64,000 nt of DNA from Squalus acanthias (Eukaryota): positions 110,670,001-110,734,000 of the forward strand of contig CM059434.1 of NCBI GenBank assembly GCA_030390025.1, in the 5' to 3' direction. The notes beneath the pieces were generated by a model, which was given only the letters and a program-made list of their open reading frames with translations, did no database searches and was not told where the DNA came from. Made by a program: the position numbers and the translations under genes. Shown piece by piece: positions 13,117 to 25,370 of the stretch; position 1 is the first letter of the stretch; every line of letters starts with the position of its first letter.

Positions 13117-15137
13117 TAGTTATCACCCATATTACAGAAATCTGTTTTCTCAACCAGGCACTGGTTATTATAACCCGCATGGTACGAGCTCATACTGTAG
13201 CTGACATTCTAATTTGCTGTTTTAATACACCAACTCAAAACATTATTGGCCAATTGAAGTCCTCCCTGATGTTGAAATATGATGAAATCTCAATATAATA
13301 AGAACCTCTTCACTCCATGGTGCAGTGTGCAGGTGTTCTAGCATGGGGTATAATGGCACTGCATGCCACAAAATTACTGTTTATAAGCCAGTTATTCAGC
13401 TGTATGTGAATTTCTATTTCATTCAGTCACGAAGTCAGAAATCAGTTGTAGAAGTCAGAAAATAGGCCAGAACACACTCAAAAGTTAGCTAGCAGCCTGC
13501 AAGGACAAACCGGCAACTAAATTGTATGTAGTGGATGAGCCTTTTAAATGGTGCTGCTGAAGGGTCCTTGCTGTCTGTTAGCGCCATGGATTGCTGAGTG
13601 AGTTTATCATGTGGCAAGGCAGGTGCTGGGGCAAACCAATTTCACAAAAGGGTCCTACAAGTGTAGGATCTTTATTTAAATATATTAACAGGCGTTTTAA
13701 ATACTTCCGGCACGCACCCTGGACCCCTACGGAGGAGCCCGATCCAACATGGCGGGCACCACACATCTGGCACGGAATGAGTGCGCGCCGCCCACGATGT
13801 TGGACGCTTAGGCGCCCGTTTTATACCTGCCAACAAATTTCTAGGCCAGTCCAGACAATGTAGGGAGCGGTTTATTTATGGGGCTGTGAGCGTATGGTGC
13901 GGTAGAAAAAACATGCAGCTTTGAAACTAGCTATGTTTCGTCAAGGAAAAGGTTCAATTGTGAATTAATAAACAGGAAAATGAATAGGAATCAGAATAAA
14001 TGAGGGAATCTATAATAGATACATTAACAAATAAAAATCATATTTTACTGTACATGCTTGCATTGTATGCAACATACAATTACAGTGAAATGATTTTACA
14101 ACAGCAATTGCTTAATAATAGTGCAGAAATGGTATTTCTCTGGATTAGATTATTAAATTCTGGAGCAGATAAGGAAATAGTAATTTTAATAATTATGATG
14201 TAGTTACAGTGTACTTTTTAAAACTGTCCACAGCTCAATTTGTTAAACAGTCTTAATTTTATGGTAATTAAGGCACATCATGCTATGCAGCGCAATAAAA
14301 CATGACTCACTAAAACAGTGTATTACTACAATTCCTGCCCCACCTTCAGGAACAATGACTGCTTTGTTAAGAAGCTTGAAGGCTTGTGCTCTTTGTGAGC
14401 AATGCAATTTCACTTATTTTGTTCCCAGATTTAGGCTTTAGGATTGTTCCTGAAGAATAATAGGCTCCTTTATTGACCAATAATGTGCAGCTAATTCTTT
14501 GTTGCCCTTAAATTGAATAAATGGTTCCTGATGTGAGGGTCTAATTCCAGCGTCTCTGTATCAAACAGCGGTTGCCCGATTCAGGAATCAACGAATTAAA
14601 ACTACAAAAACGTGTCTATAGCAAGACTTTAAGGCAAATTTGGCTCACAGACAACAGTGGCTCTTGCCCGTGTACAAGGCTAGAGCTCAGGCAGTTTAGC
14701 ACATGCTTTGAAACAATCACATTCCATGCACAAAAATTCCACTGAGAGGAACTCTTTTATTGCTTTCGCTAATGATCAGTTTGCAGGATTAGATAAAATC
14801 CCCACCCCCCATTTACAATTAAAAAAACCATTCAATATACCGTCTATTACAATTTCCACTGGTAAGTCCTTTTTGCTGTATTCAGTTTGTTTTTTTCAAG
14901 GTAATTCTCCCAATTCCTGTTTCTGCTGCCATAAGAAGGATGCCTACTAACTTGATTCCTGACCTCTTTACCAATGCCCTCCTTTGACCGCTGTTTGGAA
15001 AGGTGCACTAAAAGACATCCCAGGTCACCTTGAGCATTGTGCGTGTTGGTGGTGACGGGAGTGTAGAATTCACATTCTCTCACTCTTTGACACTAAGCAC
15101 CAGTGTTCCAACACTCAGCACTGCCTAAAAATCAGTA

Positions 15138-15385
15138 GTCATGATGCGGAGATGCCGGTCGGTGTTGGACTGGGGTGGACAAAAATGAGAAGTCGCACAA
15201 CACCAGGTTATAGTCCAACAGTTTTATTTGAAATCACAAGCTTTCGGAGCTATCGATCGCCCCTTCCTCAGGTGAAGTAATGTATCTCTTTACTTCACCT
15301 GAGGAAGGGGCGATCGATAGCTCCGAAAGCTTGTGATTTCAAATAAAACTGTTGGACTATAACCTGGTGTTGTGCGACTTCTCAT
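15138..15385. mobile_element. Penelope-like element remnant: perfect 96-bp inverted repeat plus a 47-bp one-sided extension
   Basis: Arms 15185-15280 and 15290-15385 are exact reverse complements with a 9-bp spacer. TSD aaaaatcagta at 15127-15137 and 15386-15396. Confidence 0.85.
15295..15336 (+). ncRNA. Minimal hammerhead-ribozyme-like motif (mirror copy on - at 15234-15275)
   Basis: tcac-CTGAGGA-a-ggggc-gatcgata-gctcc-GAAA-gctt-gtga: CUGANGA and GAAA cores, stem I tcac/gtga, stem II ggggc/gctcc, palindromic aagctt at stem III. Confidence 0.65.
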
Positions 15386-15404
15386 AAAAATCAGTAACCA
15401 TTGT

Positions 15405-15525
15405 AACTATTATTTCCTACATTACAACAGTGACTACACTTCAAAAGTACTTCATTGGTTGTAAAGCGCTTTGAGACGCCCGAGGTCATATATATATATA
15501 TATATGTATATGGAAGTCTTTCTTC
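15405..15525 (+). mobile_element. SacSINE1 3' fragment with a (TA)n expansion
   Basis: tttcctacattacaacagtgactacacttcaaaagtacttcattgg...gtaaagcgcttt is near-identical to 45912-45972. Confidence 0.8.
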
Positions 15526-16180
15526 TTTATTTATTGAAAAATATTTGATTTGAGCAGTAAAATAGGTTTGAAAAAAAAAAGCATTTTTTTTTGGCACAAT
15601 GTCGCTGAACAAATTTCTATGAAGAAAATAGAGGGGAGGAAGGGAAAGATGATCTTTTGCTCAGAATCTCCCTTTGCATTCCACATTTTTACACCAACTG
15701 CTGCCTCAACCCTTTGTTCTAGCTGTGCATCTAGCTTTATACAGCAACTCAAATAGTATCAATATAACATGAGTGGCCAAGAGCAGCAATACATACTTGT
15801 TATCGCACAAATGTCAAATGCAGTATTTAGTCTATTTACCCGACCAGAACCAGCTTCTTATAAGCCACTGACAATATTTTAAAATTGTGGCACATAAGCT
15901 GCTAAATATTCACTCTCCCCATCAGGAATTCTAGCTGGAGCCACAGCAACCTCCTCACTATGATTGCCTCCAAGCATTCTGGACAGTACAAGAAAACTCA
16001 CTCACCTGTGCCGCACGGCTTACCCACGAATTAAATTATATAGCTCAGAACAGATGTGCACTGACATCACTTAAATAAACCTCCCAGAAAGGTCAGTACA
16101 GGCAGATACACCCCATTACTTCATCTACTTTCTACAACGTATTCCCCTAATGGGTTATCAGATGAACACACCATATGTTA

Positions 16181-16365
16181 ATGAGCCATACAGAGCAGGA
16201 AGATCCCCGGTTCAATCCCCAAGTTAGCTGATCTCGGTGAAGGCAGCAATAGGGCTGCTACAATTAGTCCTTGCACCCCTAGGGTACGAAGGGGAAAATC
16301 ATCCACAATTCCCACTCCTAACAGCCATCCAATGACCCTGGCTGGAAAGTGCATGTGGTAAACAA
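16181..16365 (+). mobile_element. tRNA-headed interspersed repeat (family not named), 5' part
   Basis: tgagccatacagagcaggaagatccccggttcaatccc (B-box-like); homologous to copies near 23.5, 30.2, 31.2, 32.9, 40.1 and 60.4 kb. Confidence 0.65.
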
Positions 16366-16879
16366 ACCTTGAACATCCTCTCAAACACAAAAAAACAAAG
16401 AGCTGACTAACTTCAGAACACGATATTTCATATCACAAAGTGGTTTTGATGTGCACACATATTTACAACGGATAATTCTTCTTATTCCCACTGTGCCTAC
16501 CCTTAGTGCCTCTCTGTGCTGTTTTTAAACGTATCCTGGAGATGCACCGAGGTGGTAACAGAGGACAAGGAGTGCCAGTGCTGCTTGGCTGTGCTATGGT
16601 ATCGTGATCCTGTTGGAACTTAGGTGGCCCCCCCATCTCAGGGCTTCTGAGTCCCGGGAACACTCTTCAGCAGGCTATGTAACCATTGCAGGTGAGAGAG
16701 CAGCCTGGTCCTGTATCCTGACTCTCTGTATCAGAGGGGTTGGCTAGAAAGGTCACATGAGCTGTCATCCTAAACCCCTCAGAAGCCACTTTTCATTGTT
16801 TTTTCCCCTCAAATGGCCCCCAAAGGTCTAAAGGCAGTGGACAAAACATCATTTTTGGATGAGTTTATGAAGAAATAAT

Positions 16880-17521
16880 GGCCCGGATTTTCCGTGGCCT
16901 ATGACCGTGTACGCAGCCATAAGTGTCTCGCAAGTTCTGGGTTTACGCACGGGCTGTGCATGCGCAAAAATCCAGAACTTGCAATCTGTCTTGCCCAACT
17001 ACTGCCCAGCGAATGCTCATGAAACTATTACGCCTGGTAAAAGCAGGCGTAGGGCCTTCTTTTACCAGCGTAAGCGTGACAATATATATTAAAATAAATT
17101 TCAAAAAATCATTTTAACATTCAAAAACCTGTAAAGTAAGTTTGTGTTATTTTTGGTCCCTTAAAAAAAATATTAATTTATTTTTCAAAAAATTAAATTT
17201 TTGTTTTAAATGTTTAATGAAATTGTATTTTAATTAATCTTAAACATGTAATGATTTTTTTTTAATTTCAGTGATGTGTACATGTATTTTTTGGGTGATT
17301 CCTATTAAGCTTATGGGGATTCCGTACGTAAATGGAATCCCCATAAGCATAATGGGAACCCCCCTTCTGATTGCGAACCACAAGCGCCCCTGGGATACCT
17401 GGGCCTTTCTGCAGGTGTATGCCTGCAGTCCCAGGAGTGCGAGTCTCCGTGGTTCCAGGATCATCAGGTAGGTTCGTAGATTTTTTGCCGTTCGGAGGCC
17501 TCCTACCGGAAATTCAGGCCC
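16880..17521. mobile_element. Non-autonomous PIF/Harbinger-type DNA element
   Basis: TIRs ggcccggattttccg / cggaaattcaggccc (12/15), TSD aat (16877-16879, 17522-17524), internal hairpin gcttatggggattcc...ggaatccccataagc. Confidence 0.7.
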
Positions 17522-19904
17522 AATTTGTTTTGAGCTGGCTTCCAGGGTAAAAGGCTGAAAAATTAAACTGTAACTTTGATGTTAGGGGGATGGGATGCAG
17601 GGTCAAACCGGTAATCTCAGCTCTTATCATTAGAGGAAGGCACGGAACAAATGCCAGGCTCTACAGGATCGGGGGGGGGGGGTCATTCTCAAAGTCACAC
17701 TCTACTGCAGTTCCCAGCGGCTGCGCAAAGTGACACCGGCAGAATACTTGGACTGGTTACATAGCTGAGGAACAGCTTAGGGAAGACTAAAGGCAAGGAA
17801 TGGGGAACAGAAAATAAAAAAATAAATTTAAAAACCATCTCAGTGGCAGTGAGATGAAAGGATAGAGATTCTATTAAAATAGTTGAGGAGTATCCAAGTG
17901 ACAGTGTGTGAGTAGTGTCGTCAGTGGTTTTTACTCATTGCAGAAGAGCCTTTGTAGTCTGTAACTGATAGCAAGGCAAAACCATAGAAAATGGTTAAGG
18001 AAATAAAGTGGGTTGACAAGAGACTGGGAGATTAAGAGCAGGGGTTTACAAAACAGCACATTGTCTGTATTAGGTGAGACCGACAAGTTACCCAACAAAG
18101 AAAGCAGACCGGAGTGGCATTTTGATGTGTGGTCAGAGGAGGGTCAAAAGATTAACTACAATTGTGGACTCAGGAATTTACAACTAGTCGAAAGAAGAAT
18201 ATTCAAACCGCAGAAGTTTGTGGAGCCACTGGATCCTCCTGCAGAAAATGATCAACATGGGTCATAAACCAACCTGAAATATTTAGGACATTTTCCCCTT
18301 TGCAATTTTTTTAATTAAAATTAAAACATTTATTTGAAGGGTAGGCTTAGATTAAAGCAGTAATAAATCAGTTATGATGCGCAGTAGAAGAATTCATCGA
18401 AAATCAGCAATCAGTTTCAAAAAACATACTCTGACTGAGCACTGTGGGACTACTGAAGCCTCGGCCACATAGTGCAGCATACATTCACTCAGTCTTCCTG
18501 CAAAAACAGTCATTTCAGCGCCACTCCACAGCAAACCTAATCTCCCAAAATATTTGACCTTGCAAACTGTAATAAAGTTGAACTTTAGGAAGGCTCAATT
18601 TAGTTAAATTATTTTAAAAATACATGCACAATTCCCTGCAGCTTTTTAATGCTAGGGGAGTGACCTATAAGTATAGATGTCTCATGGCCAATTTTTGACT
18701 CCTCTGGGTGGGGTAGAGTCAAAATCCATCAGGCCACCTGCTAATTAAAATAATAACATTACTCCAGTTACCCAGGCCCAAAAGCAGCTTTAGTTGAGGT
18801 TGAAAATGATTTTAAATCCACAGGCTTAAACAGAAAGTGAAGTGTTTGCAAACAGGCAATTTTGCAAAAGCTTTAATTACTGTTTTGGAGAGTCATAAAC
18901 TCATTTAAAGTAAGCAGGGTAATGGGTAAGAATATCCCATGAATAAATATGGCAACTATTCTCTTATTACACACACACTGGCCAGATTGCAATTAAAACT
19001 ACAGCCTAGAACAAGAGTGGTGTAAAGTGAGTCTCCACACTGCCCCAACCACCAGCATGATCACTGAAGGGTGCATTTATACTGTAACTGTAGCATTGCT
19101 TCCCACCAACACCGCAATGATGATGTAAACACAGACTCAATTTGGCGTTAGGCCCCAATGTGATACCGGAACGATATGGGGCGAGACTCCCTGGAGGACA
19201 GGTTCTGCCTCAGTTTTGCTGTCAATTGGGGCTCTTACATTCAATTTACATTCCAAGTTTAATATTGTTGTCAAGCGCTTTCCCCTTTACAGCAACATTA
19301 AACTTGTGGAGTGAAACTGCTTCTTAACACAGATTCCCATAACATGGTCAAAAGTTCAGAAATTCAAAGAAATAGCTTTTACTTTTTACGGCGTGTCTCT
19401 TCTGGTTATTTCCAAGTAAGAACGATAATTGGAGGGATAATTTTATTTAAGTGGAGGGCTCTGTGGTAGGAATTTTGTTTCTAAATGAAGTGAGCATGAA
19501 GTCACTGGAGTTGTGGCAAGTCTCATGAGTGGAAATTAAAGCATATTTTAAAGGACCTGCATAAAAATTTAGCACTAAATAGGAATAATCTCCCTTGGAA
19601 TTCATGACCTTGTGCTTTAATTTCTTCCTGAATTTTCTGCTGTTACCAATCTTCTCCACACGTGCTTGGGAACAACTCCATGGGTAGCAGCAACTCTCCA
19701 GTACCTTCCCCAAATGGTCACTCGTCACGTGTAGGCCAAGACAGGAAAGAGGATAAGGGGAAGGCATCGTAGTGTAGTCTGGTCCTGTCCTCAGCCTACA
19801 TTCACACAGATCCACAATACAGCAAGGGTTGCAGTACAGCGGTCTGGAGCAAGAACCCCGGTTATTTTCCCCTCACCAACCTTGGGTTGCTAAGGCTGTT
19901 GGCG

Positions 19905-20700
19905 AAGCTCTGGAATTTATTGGGCTGATAAGTGGCAAGTAACATCCGCACCACACAAGTGCCAGGCAATGACCATTTCCAACAAGAGAAAGTCTTGACA
20001 TTCAATGGCATTACCATCATCGAATCCCCCACCATCAACATCCTGAGGAGTCACCATTGACCAGAAACTTAACTGGACCAGCCACATAAATACTGTGGCT
20101 GCAAGAGCAGGTCAGAGCCTAGGTATTCTGCAGCGAGTGTCTCACCTCCTGACTCCCCAAAACCTTTCCACCATCTACAAGGCACAAGTTAGGAGTGTGA
20201 TGAAATACTCTCCACTTGCTTGGTTGAGTGCAGCTCCAACAACACTCAAGAAGCTCGACAACATCCAGGACAAAGCAGCCGGATTGATTGGCACCCCATC
20301 CACCACCTTAAACTTTCACTCCCTCCACCACCAGCACACCGTGTCTGCAGTGTGTACCATCTATGCACTGCAGCAACTCGCCAAGGCTTCTTCGGCAGCG
20401 CCTCCCAAACCCGCGGCCTCTACCACCTAAAAGGACAAGGGCAGCAGGCGCATGGGAACACCATCACCTCCAAGTTCCCCTCCAAGTCACACACCATCCT
20501 GACTTGGAAATATATCATCGATCCTTCATCGTCGCTGGGTCAAAATCCTGGAACTTCATACTTAACAGCACTGTGGGAGCACCTTCACCACACGGACTGC
20601 AGCGGTGGCTCACCACCACCTTCTCAAGGGCAACTAGGGATGAGCAATAAATGCCGGCCTTGCCAGCAACACCCACATCTCATGAATGAATTTTAAAAAA
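19905..20700 (+). mobile_element. CR1/L2-group LINE 3' fragment (family 'B', with frameshifts)
   Basis: ORF 20095-20430 AARAGQSLGILQRVSHLLTPQNLSTIYKAQVRSVMKYSPLAW is an RT C-terminal region; homologous to 28205-29275 and 42410-43720. Confidence 0.85.
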
Positions 20701-20869
20701 TGAGAAACTTCTAATGACATCAAGGTGAAGTTACTAACAATGGATCACAGCCAATATGACTTCTGAGAATTTTCTGTGTTTTAATGGTGCAGTTAAGGAA
20801 AGTTAAGGAAAATGCTAAATATGCTAGTCTGGGAAAAAGATTTCTAAAACTTACAATTCATCATAGGAA

Positions 20870-22380
20870 CATAGGAATGTATAGGATCAAAAAAGACAAA
20901 GACAATGTAGTCCATCTGGTTGATCCCAGTGTCTAGGAAATATCACATCTCACGATAGCTCTCATGCCCCTCTATTAATTTTTCTCCAGATACTTATCCA
21001 ACTCTTTCTTGAATTTGCTGATACAATCAGCAACGACTGCCTCCCTCAGCAGTCTGCTCCATACATTCACCACCCTCAGCGTAAAAGTAGTTAAACCTAA
21101 ACTGTCTTTCAACCTCCATCTTCTAAACTTAAAGCTTGCTGTAGTATATGTGACTGTTAAACATTTATCTTTTCTATACCTTTTAGGATCTTGAATACTT
21201 CAGTCAGATTACCTCTGAGCCTTCTCTTCCCCAAAGCAAACATTCTCAGCTTCTGCTGCCACTCCTAATAACTCAAGATGCCGAAACCCAACTATCAATT
21301 TAGTTACCCATTGCTGCAATTTCTTCAATGCCTGTTCAATATGTTTTATTCATAAAACAGTGACCAACATTTTATGCAGTACTCCAGGTTGTACTGGACT
21401 AGCACTTTCTACAAACTCAAAAGCCCTGCCTGAGATTTGTGTTCTCCTCCTCTGGCTATACAGCCCAAGATCCCATTTGCTCTCTCTTCTACAACAACAA
21501 CAACAACAATTTGCCTTTATATAGCTCATTTTAAAGTAGTAAAATGACCCAAGGCGCTTCACAGGAGCGCTATCAAACAAAATTTGACACCAAGCCACAT
21601 AAGGAGATATTAGGACAGGTGACTAAAAGCTTGGTCAAAGAGGTATGTTTTAAGGAGCGTCTTAAAAGGAGAGAGAGAGAGAGAGGTGGAGAGGTTTAGG
21701 GAGATAATTCCAGCGCTTGGGCCCAGGCAGCTGAAGGCACGGCCACCAATGGTGAAGCGATTAAAATCGGGGATGCTAAAGAGGTCAGAATTGGAGGACA
21801 GCAGAGATCTCGAAGGGTTGTAGGGCTGGAGGAGATTACAGAGATAGGGAGGGGCAAGGCCATGGAGGGATCATTTATGGTTTCAGAGATCTAACCACCA
21901 GTACCAATAAACCCCTCTCCAATACTGTCTCCTATATAATATCACTTATATTGACACTATTAATTATCCTTTCCCAATCTCATGACTTTGCATTTGTCCA
22001 CGATAAATGCATGTGCCATTTTTCAGCCTAGCTCCCTAGTCTACCCAGGGCCTTCTGTATTTGATTAGTCTGCTTCCAGTTTGCAGCTCCTTCCAGTTTG
22101 ATATCATCTGCAAACTTGGGAAATTTTATTTCTGTTCCCACTTTCAAGTTATTTATATACAGTACATTATAAACAGGAACAGTCCCAGCACAGATCCCCG
22201 AAGAACCTCACTAATTTACCTCCTTCCAGAGCTGCTCCAGCTCCACGTAGTAGCTCCCTTTACCGTTGATGCTGACTGTGCGGTCACCATTTTTTGATCC
22301 ATCGCGGAAGCACTCCGCCTATGCCATGCCGTCCAACCCTGTGGACCAATCTCCTATGTGGCACTGAGTCAGACTCAACA
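20870..22380 (-). mobile_element. Old degraded CR1 3' fragment interrupted by an L2 3' end (about 21490-21870)
   Basis: CR1-like tail and cttctcttccccaaag...gcagtactccagg...catttgtccac motifs. The nested piece starts with (caa)n ttgcctttatatagc...aaggcgcttcacagg, the L2 tail also seen at 43935 and 51079. Confidence 0.65.
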
Positions 22381-24607
22381 AAACTGCACCAACTCCTTAG
22401 GAACCACCATTTGCAGAAGTGGTATATTAACTGGTAATAACCAAATTCTCAAAACCGGAATTTAAAAATAATAGAATTGCCCTTATTATGAGTTGTGATG
22501 CGATGGATTTGCGAAATTTGGATTCATGCATGGAAAAAGTGCACGATCTAATTGAAATACAGATACCAATGTTTACAAAACAGATGCCAATATGATTCAT
22601 TGTCACTTTAAAAGCTGCTGCAACTGAACTGCATAAGAATTTGAAGCAAAAACATCCCAAAAAGGAAGGAAATTAAAGTAAATATAGGAACAAATATGAT
22701 ATTTAATTGACTGGAAATGTACCAGATCCACCAGATGAAGAAGAAATTGGCTATTGTGGAATTTAATGGCCTCCCCCAATTAGCCATTCTTCCTGTGTCA
22801 GTTTAAACAGTAAGGACCTGAAATTAGTTTGGAGTTTCTGCCAGTCTCCTGCTGCAGCTTCAGCGGAAATCCCAGGAAGAACTCTGTCCACCCCATAAAA
22901 GGCAAGTAACAGGTGGGGCGCAGGCCCAAGACCAGGACTTGCCAAGCCAAGAGTTTGTATTCCTGGACCTTCAAGGGGTCCTGGCATCGTAGTGGCGGCC
23001 GGTACGCCCAGTGATGTCAGGAATACTGGCTACCACAAGGGCCAGGGCAACTGCTGCCAGATTGGCTCTTTTGCTTGGGAGGGACCAACTGCACCAGTGC
23101 CAGAGAGGAGAATGTTCTCTCCAAGGGCGGAACAACACCATAGTTTCTGGTAGCATGGGGTAGGCAAGCACCAGAGATGCGCCTGAAATGGCACTTTTGC
23201 CTGCCTGCCATACTAATGAGTTGCCCTCCCACTAACCCCACAAGCCTCAGCAGCGGCACTGTCAGGCACAATCCCTGGAGACACAAGCAAATCTGGGGCC
23301 TAAATTAGCAGACTATTTGACTCTGGTAACATTACAGTTCAGCAGGATACAGACCTCATCACACAGAAACACACACACAGGACTGATCAGTGTCCTCTAT
23401 GACTCTATGAGTGAGACTGATTTTATCCCTACCTCGCTTACGGGTGCCGAGGACGGCTTCTTTGCCTGAGATCAGCTAACACAGCACAGACCAAGGATCA
23501 AACCGGAGCCCTTCCTGGTCTACATGACTCAATACCATACTCCACAGTGTCCTTTACCCAGTGAGCCATAAGGAATCCCCATTTCTGATGGTTTTTAGCA
23601 GAAGCAGATTTGCAACAAGCACCCTTTATTCTAGCCAATGTTTTCTTTTCCCCTCCCCCATCCTGTCACTGTACCCTACTTTCTTTCCTAACATCCTCCC
23701 CCACCTTAAAAAAAGTTATCATACAAGAATTAGAAGTCCGAATATAGCAAATGCTTCCGCCATCACATATTAACCTGCACCAGACCTAGAAAGCAGAGGA
23801 GAAAGTTGTTGGGAACTGTATAAATTATATCACTGTGAATGATTTTCACTGCAGAGCTGAGACTTGGGAATATATTAAATCTGTGGAGGTAGCATTTTTG
23901 ATTTACTCTTCCAACAGTGTTAGCCGATCAAAGACTACAATTTATTTCATATCTGTGCAAAAAATAATTGGTTTGAAAGTAACCCGCAGGGAGGAGGAGA
24001 TGGAGATGCATCAGGTTTCCATTTAAATGCTCCCAGAGATTTGGAAAATACTGTCTTTACATGTTTTTGGTTATGGTTTGGGCTGAAAATTTATGCAATT
24101 TTTACAGACCAAATGCACATCCCAAATGCTAATTACAGCAGGTATCAGAAACACACATCATCGGAAGTTACAAACACCTTCAAAATCAGCCTCTTACTGG
24201 AATAACTTCAAAGATAAATGTCAACAAAGTAAAGTGCACTCCCTTATTACTGCCAGTACTGTACTATAGATAATTACTCAATTTCCCACAAACATACACT
24301 AAGTGACATTAACTGATACTTAAATTCTCTCATCATTCTTCACTTGTAGACATAATAGGATTGTACAATGGTGTTGTTTGCAGTTAGCCCCACCCTTACA
24401 GCACAGATAAGTTACTAACGGATGCCCTGGATTTAAAAATGCAATACCGTACTGTACATGTGCTAATCTGTTTCTGGAAGCTAAGATGTACAGATTGTGT
24501 AACCACTTCCCTCTGCCCGTGGTCATTATTAACTTTAGTAGATAAATATTCGTTAGAAGTTGGCTCATTTCCCCTTTGACTAAACAAACAATATTTACTT
24601 GACGCGT

Positions 24608-24712
24608 TTGCCACATTACAACAGTGACTCCGCTTCAAATAGTCCTTCATTGGCTGTAAAGACGTCCGTCCGGTGATCGTGAAAGGCGTTATATAAATGC
24701 AAGTCTTTATTT
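24608..24712 (+). mobile_element. SacSINE1 3' fragment
   Basis: cattacaacagtgact...ttcattggctgtaaag...gtgaaaggcgttatataaatgcaagtcttt matches the 3' end of 45555-46025. Confidence 0.75.
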
Positions 24713-25307
24713 TCTTTTGACAAGAATGCCTTTAAACACACAGAGTAGAAATCAGTTGTAATTACAGTAGAATGCAGTTGTTGAAGTACTGAACTTTCCG
24801 TCTTTACAGCTACAGAAAATTGTTTGAAATCATGTAAACACTTCAAGGACAATGTTCTTTCAATCCTTCACACTGACTTTATTAAAAGCTCTGTTGGCCT
24901 TTCATAAGTTTTGATTGATGTCCTGGAGAAGGGGCGACAGTAATGTGGCACAAAGAAGGTTTAATACCAGAGTCTTAGGACACAGGTTCATTGCCACAGT
25001 TCCTCACATGCTAAGTTATTGATCTCAGTCCCAACTGTTTCATCTTTTTTCTATTCATGCCACTTTATTTTTTTTTAATTCTTTTCTTTCTAGCTTCATT
25101 TTTCCTTTTTTAAACCTTGCCTACTGTTAAGAACAGGAGTGGGATGTGCAGCAGCTGAACGAGAAGAGGGAGTGGGACTGGTGGTAGCTCGATGGGAATG
25201 AGTGGGGAATGAGAGCACAGTGGAGGCAGCTGAATGGGGAGTAGGAGTGAAACCGGCACCAACTGTGTGGGAGCAAGAGTGCCATCAGACAAGCAGAGTT
25301 GGAGGAG

Positions 25308-25370
25308 ATAAAAACTGAAAATGCTGGAAATACTCAGCAGGTCAGGCAGCGTCTGTGGGTGAGAGACAGT
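25308..25370. mobile_element. Fragment of the second Penelope-like palindromic family
   Basis: taaaaactgaaaatgctggaaatactcagcaggtcaggcagc matches the left arm of the element at 50622-50819. Confidence 0.75.

Noticed and set aside
15185-15385. Pre-miRNA gene or DNA-transposon MITE
   Set aside because: The stem is too long and perfect for a miRNA. The TSD encloses an asymmetric extension and solo arms exist elsewhere, which argues against terminal inverted repeats.
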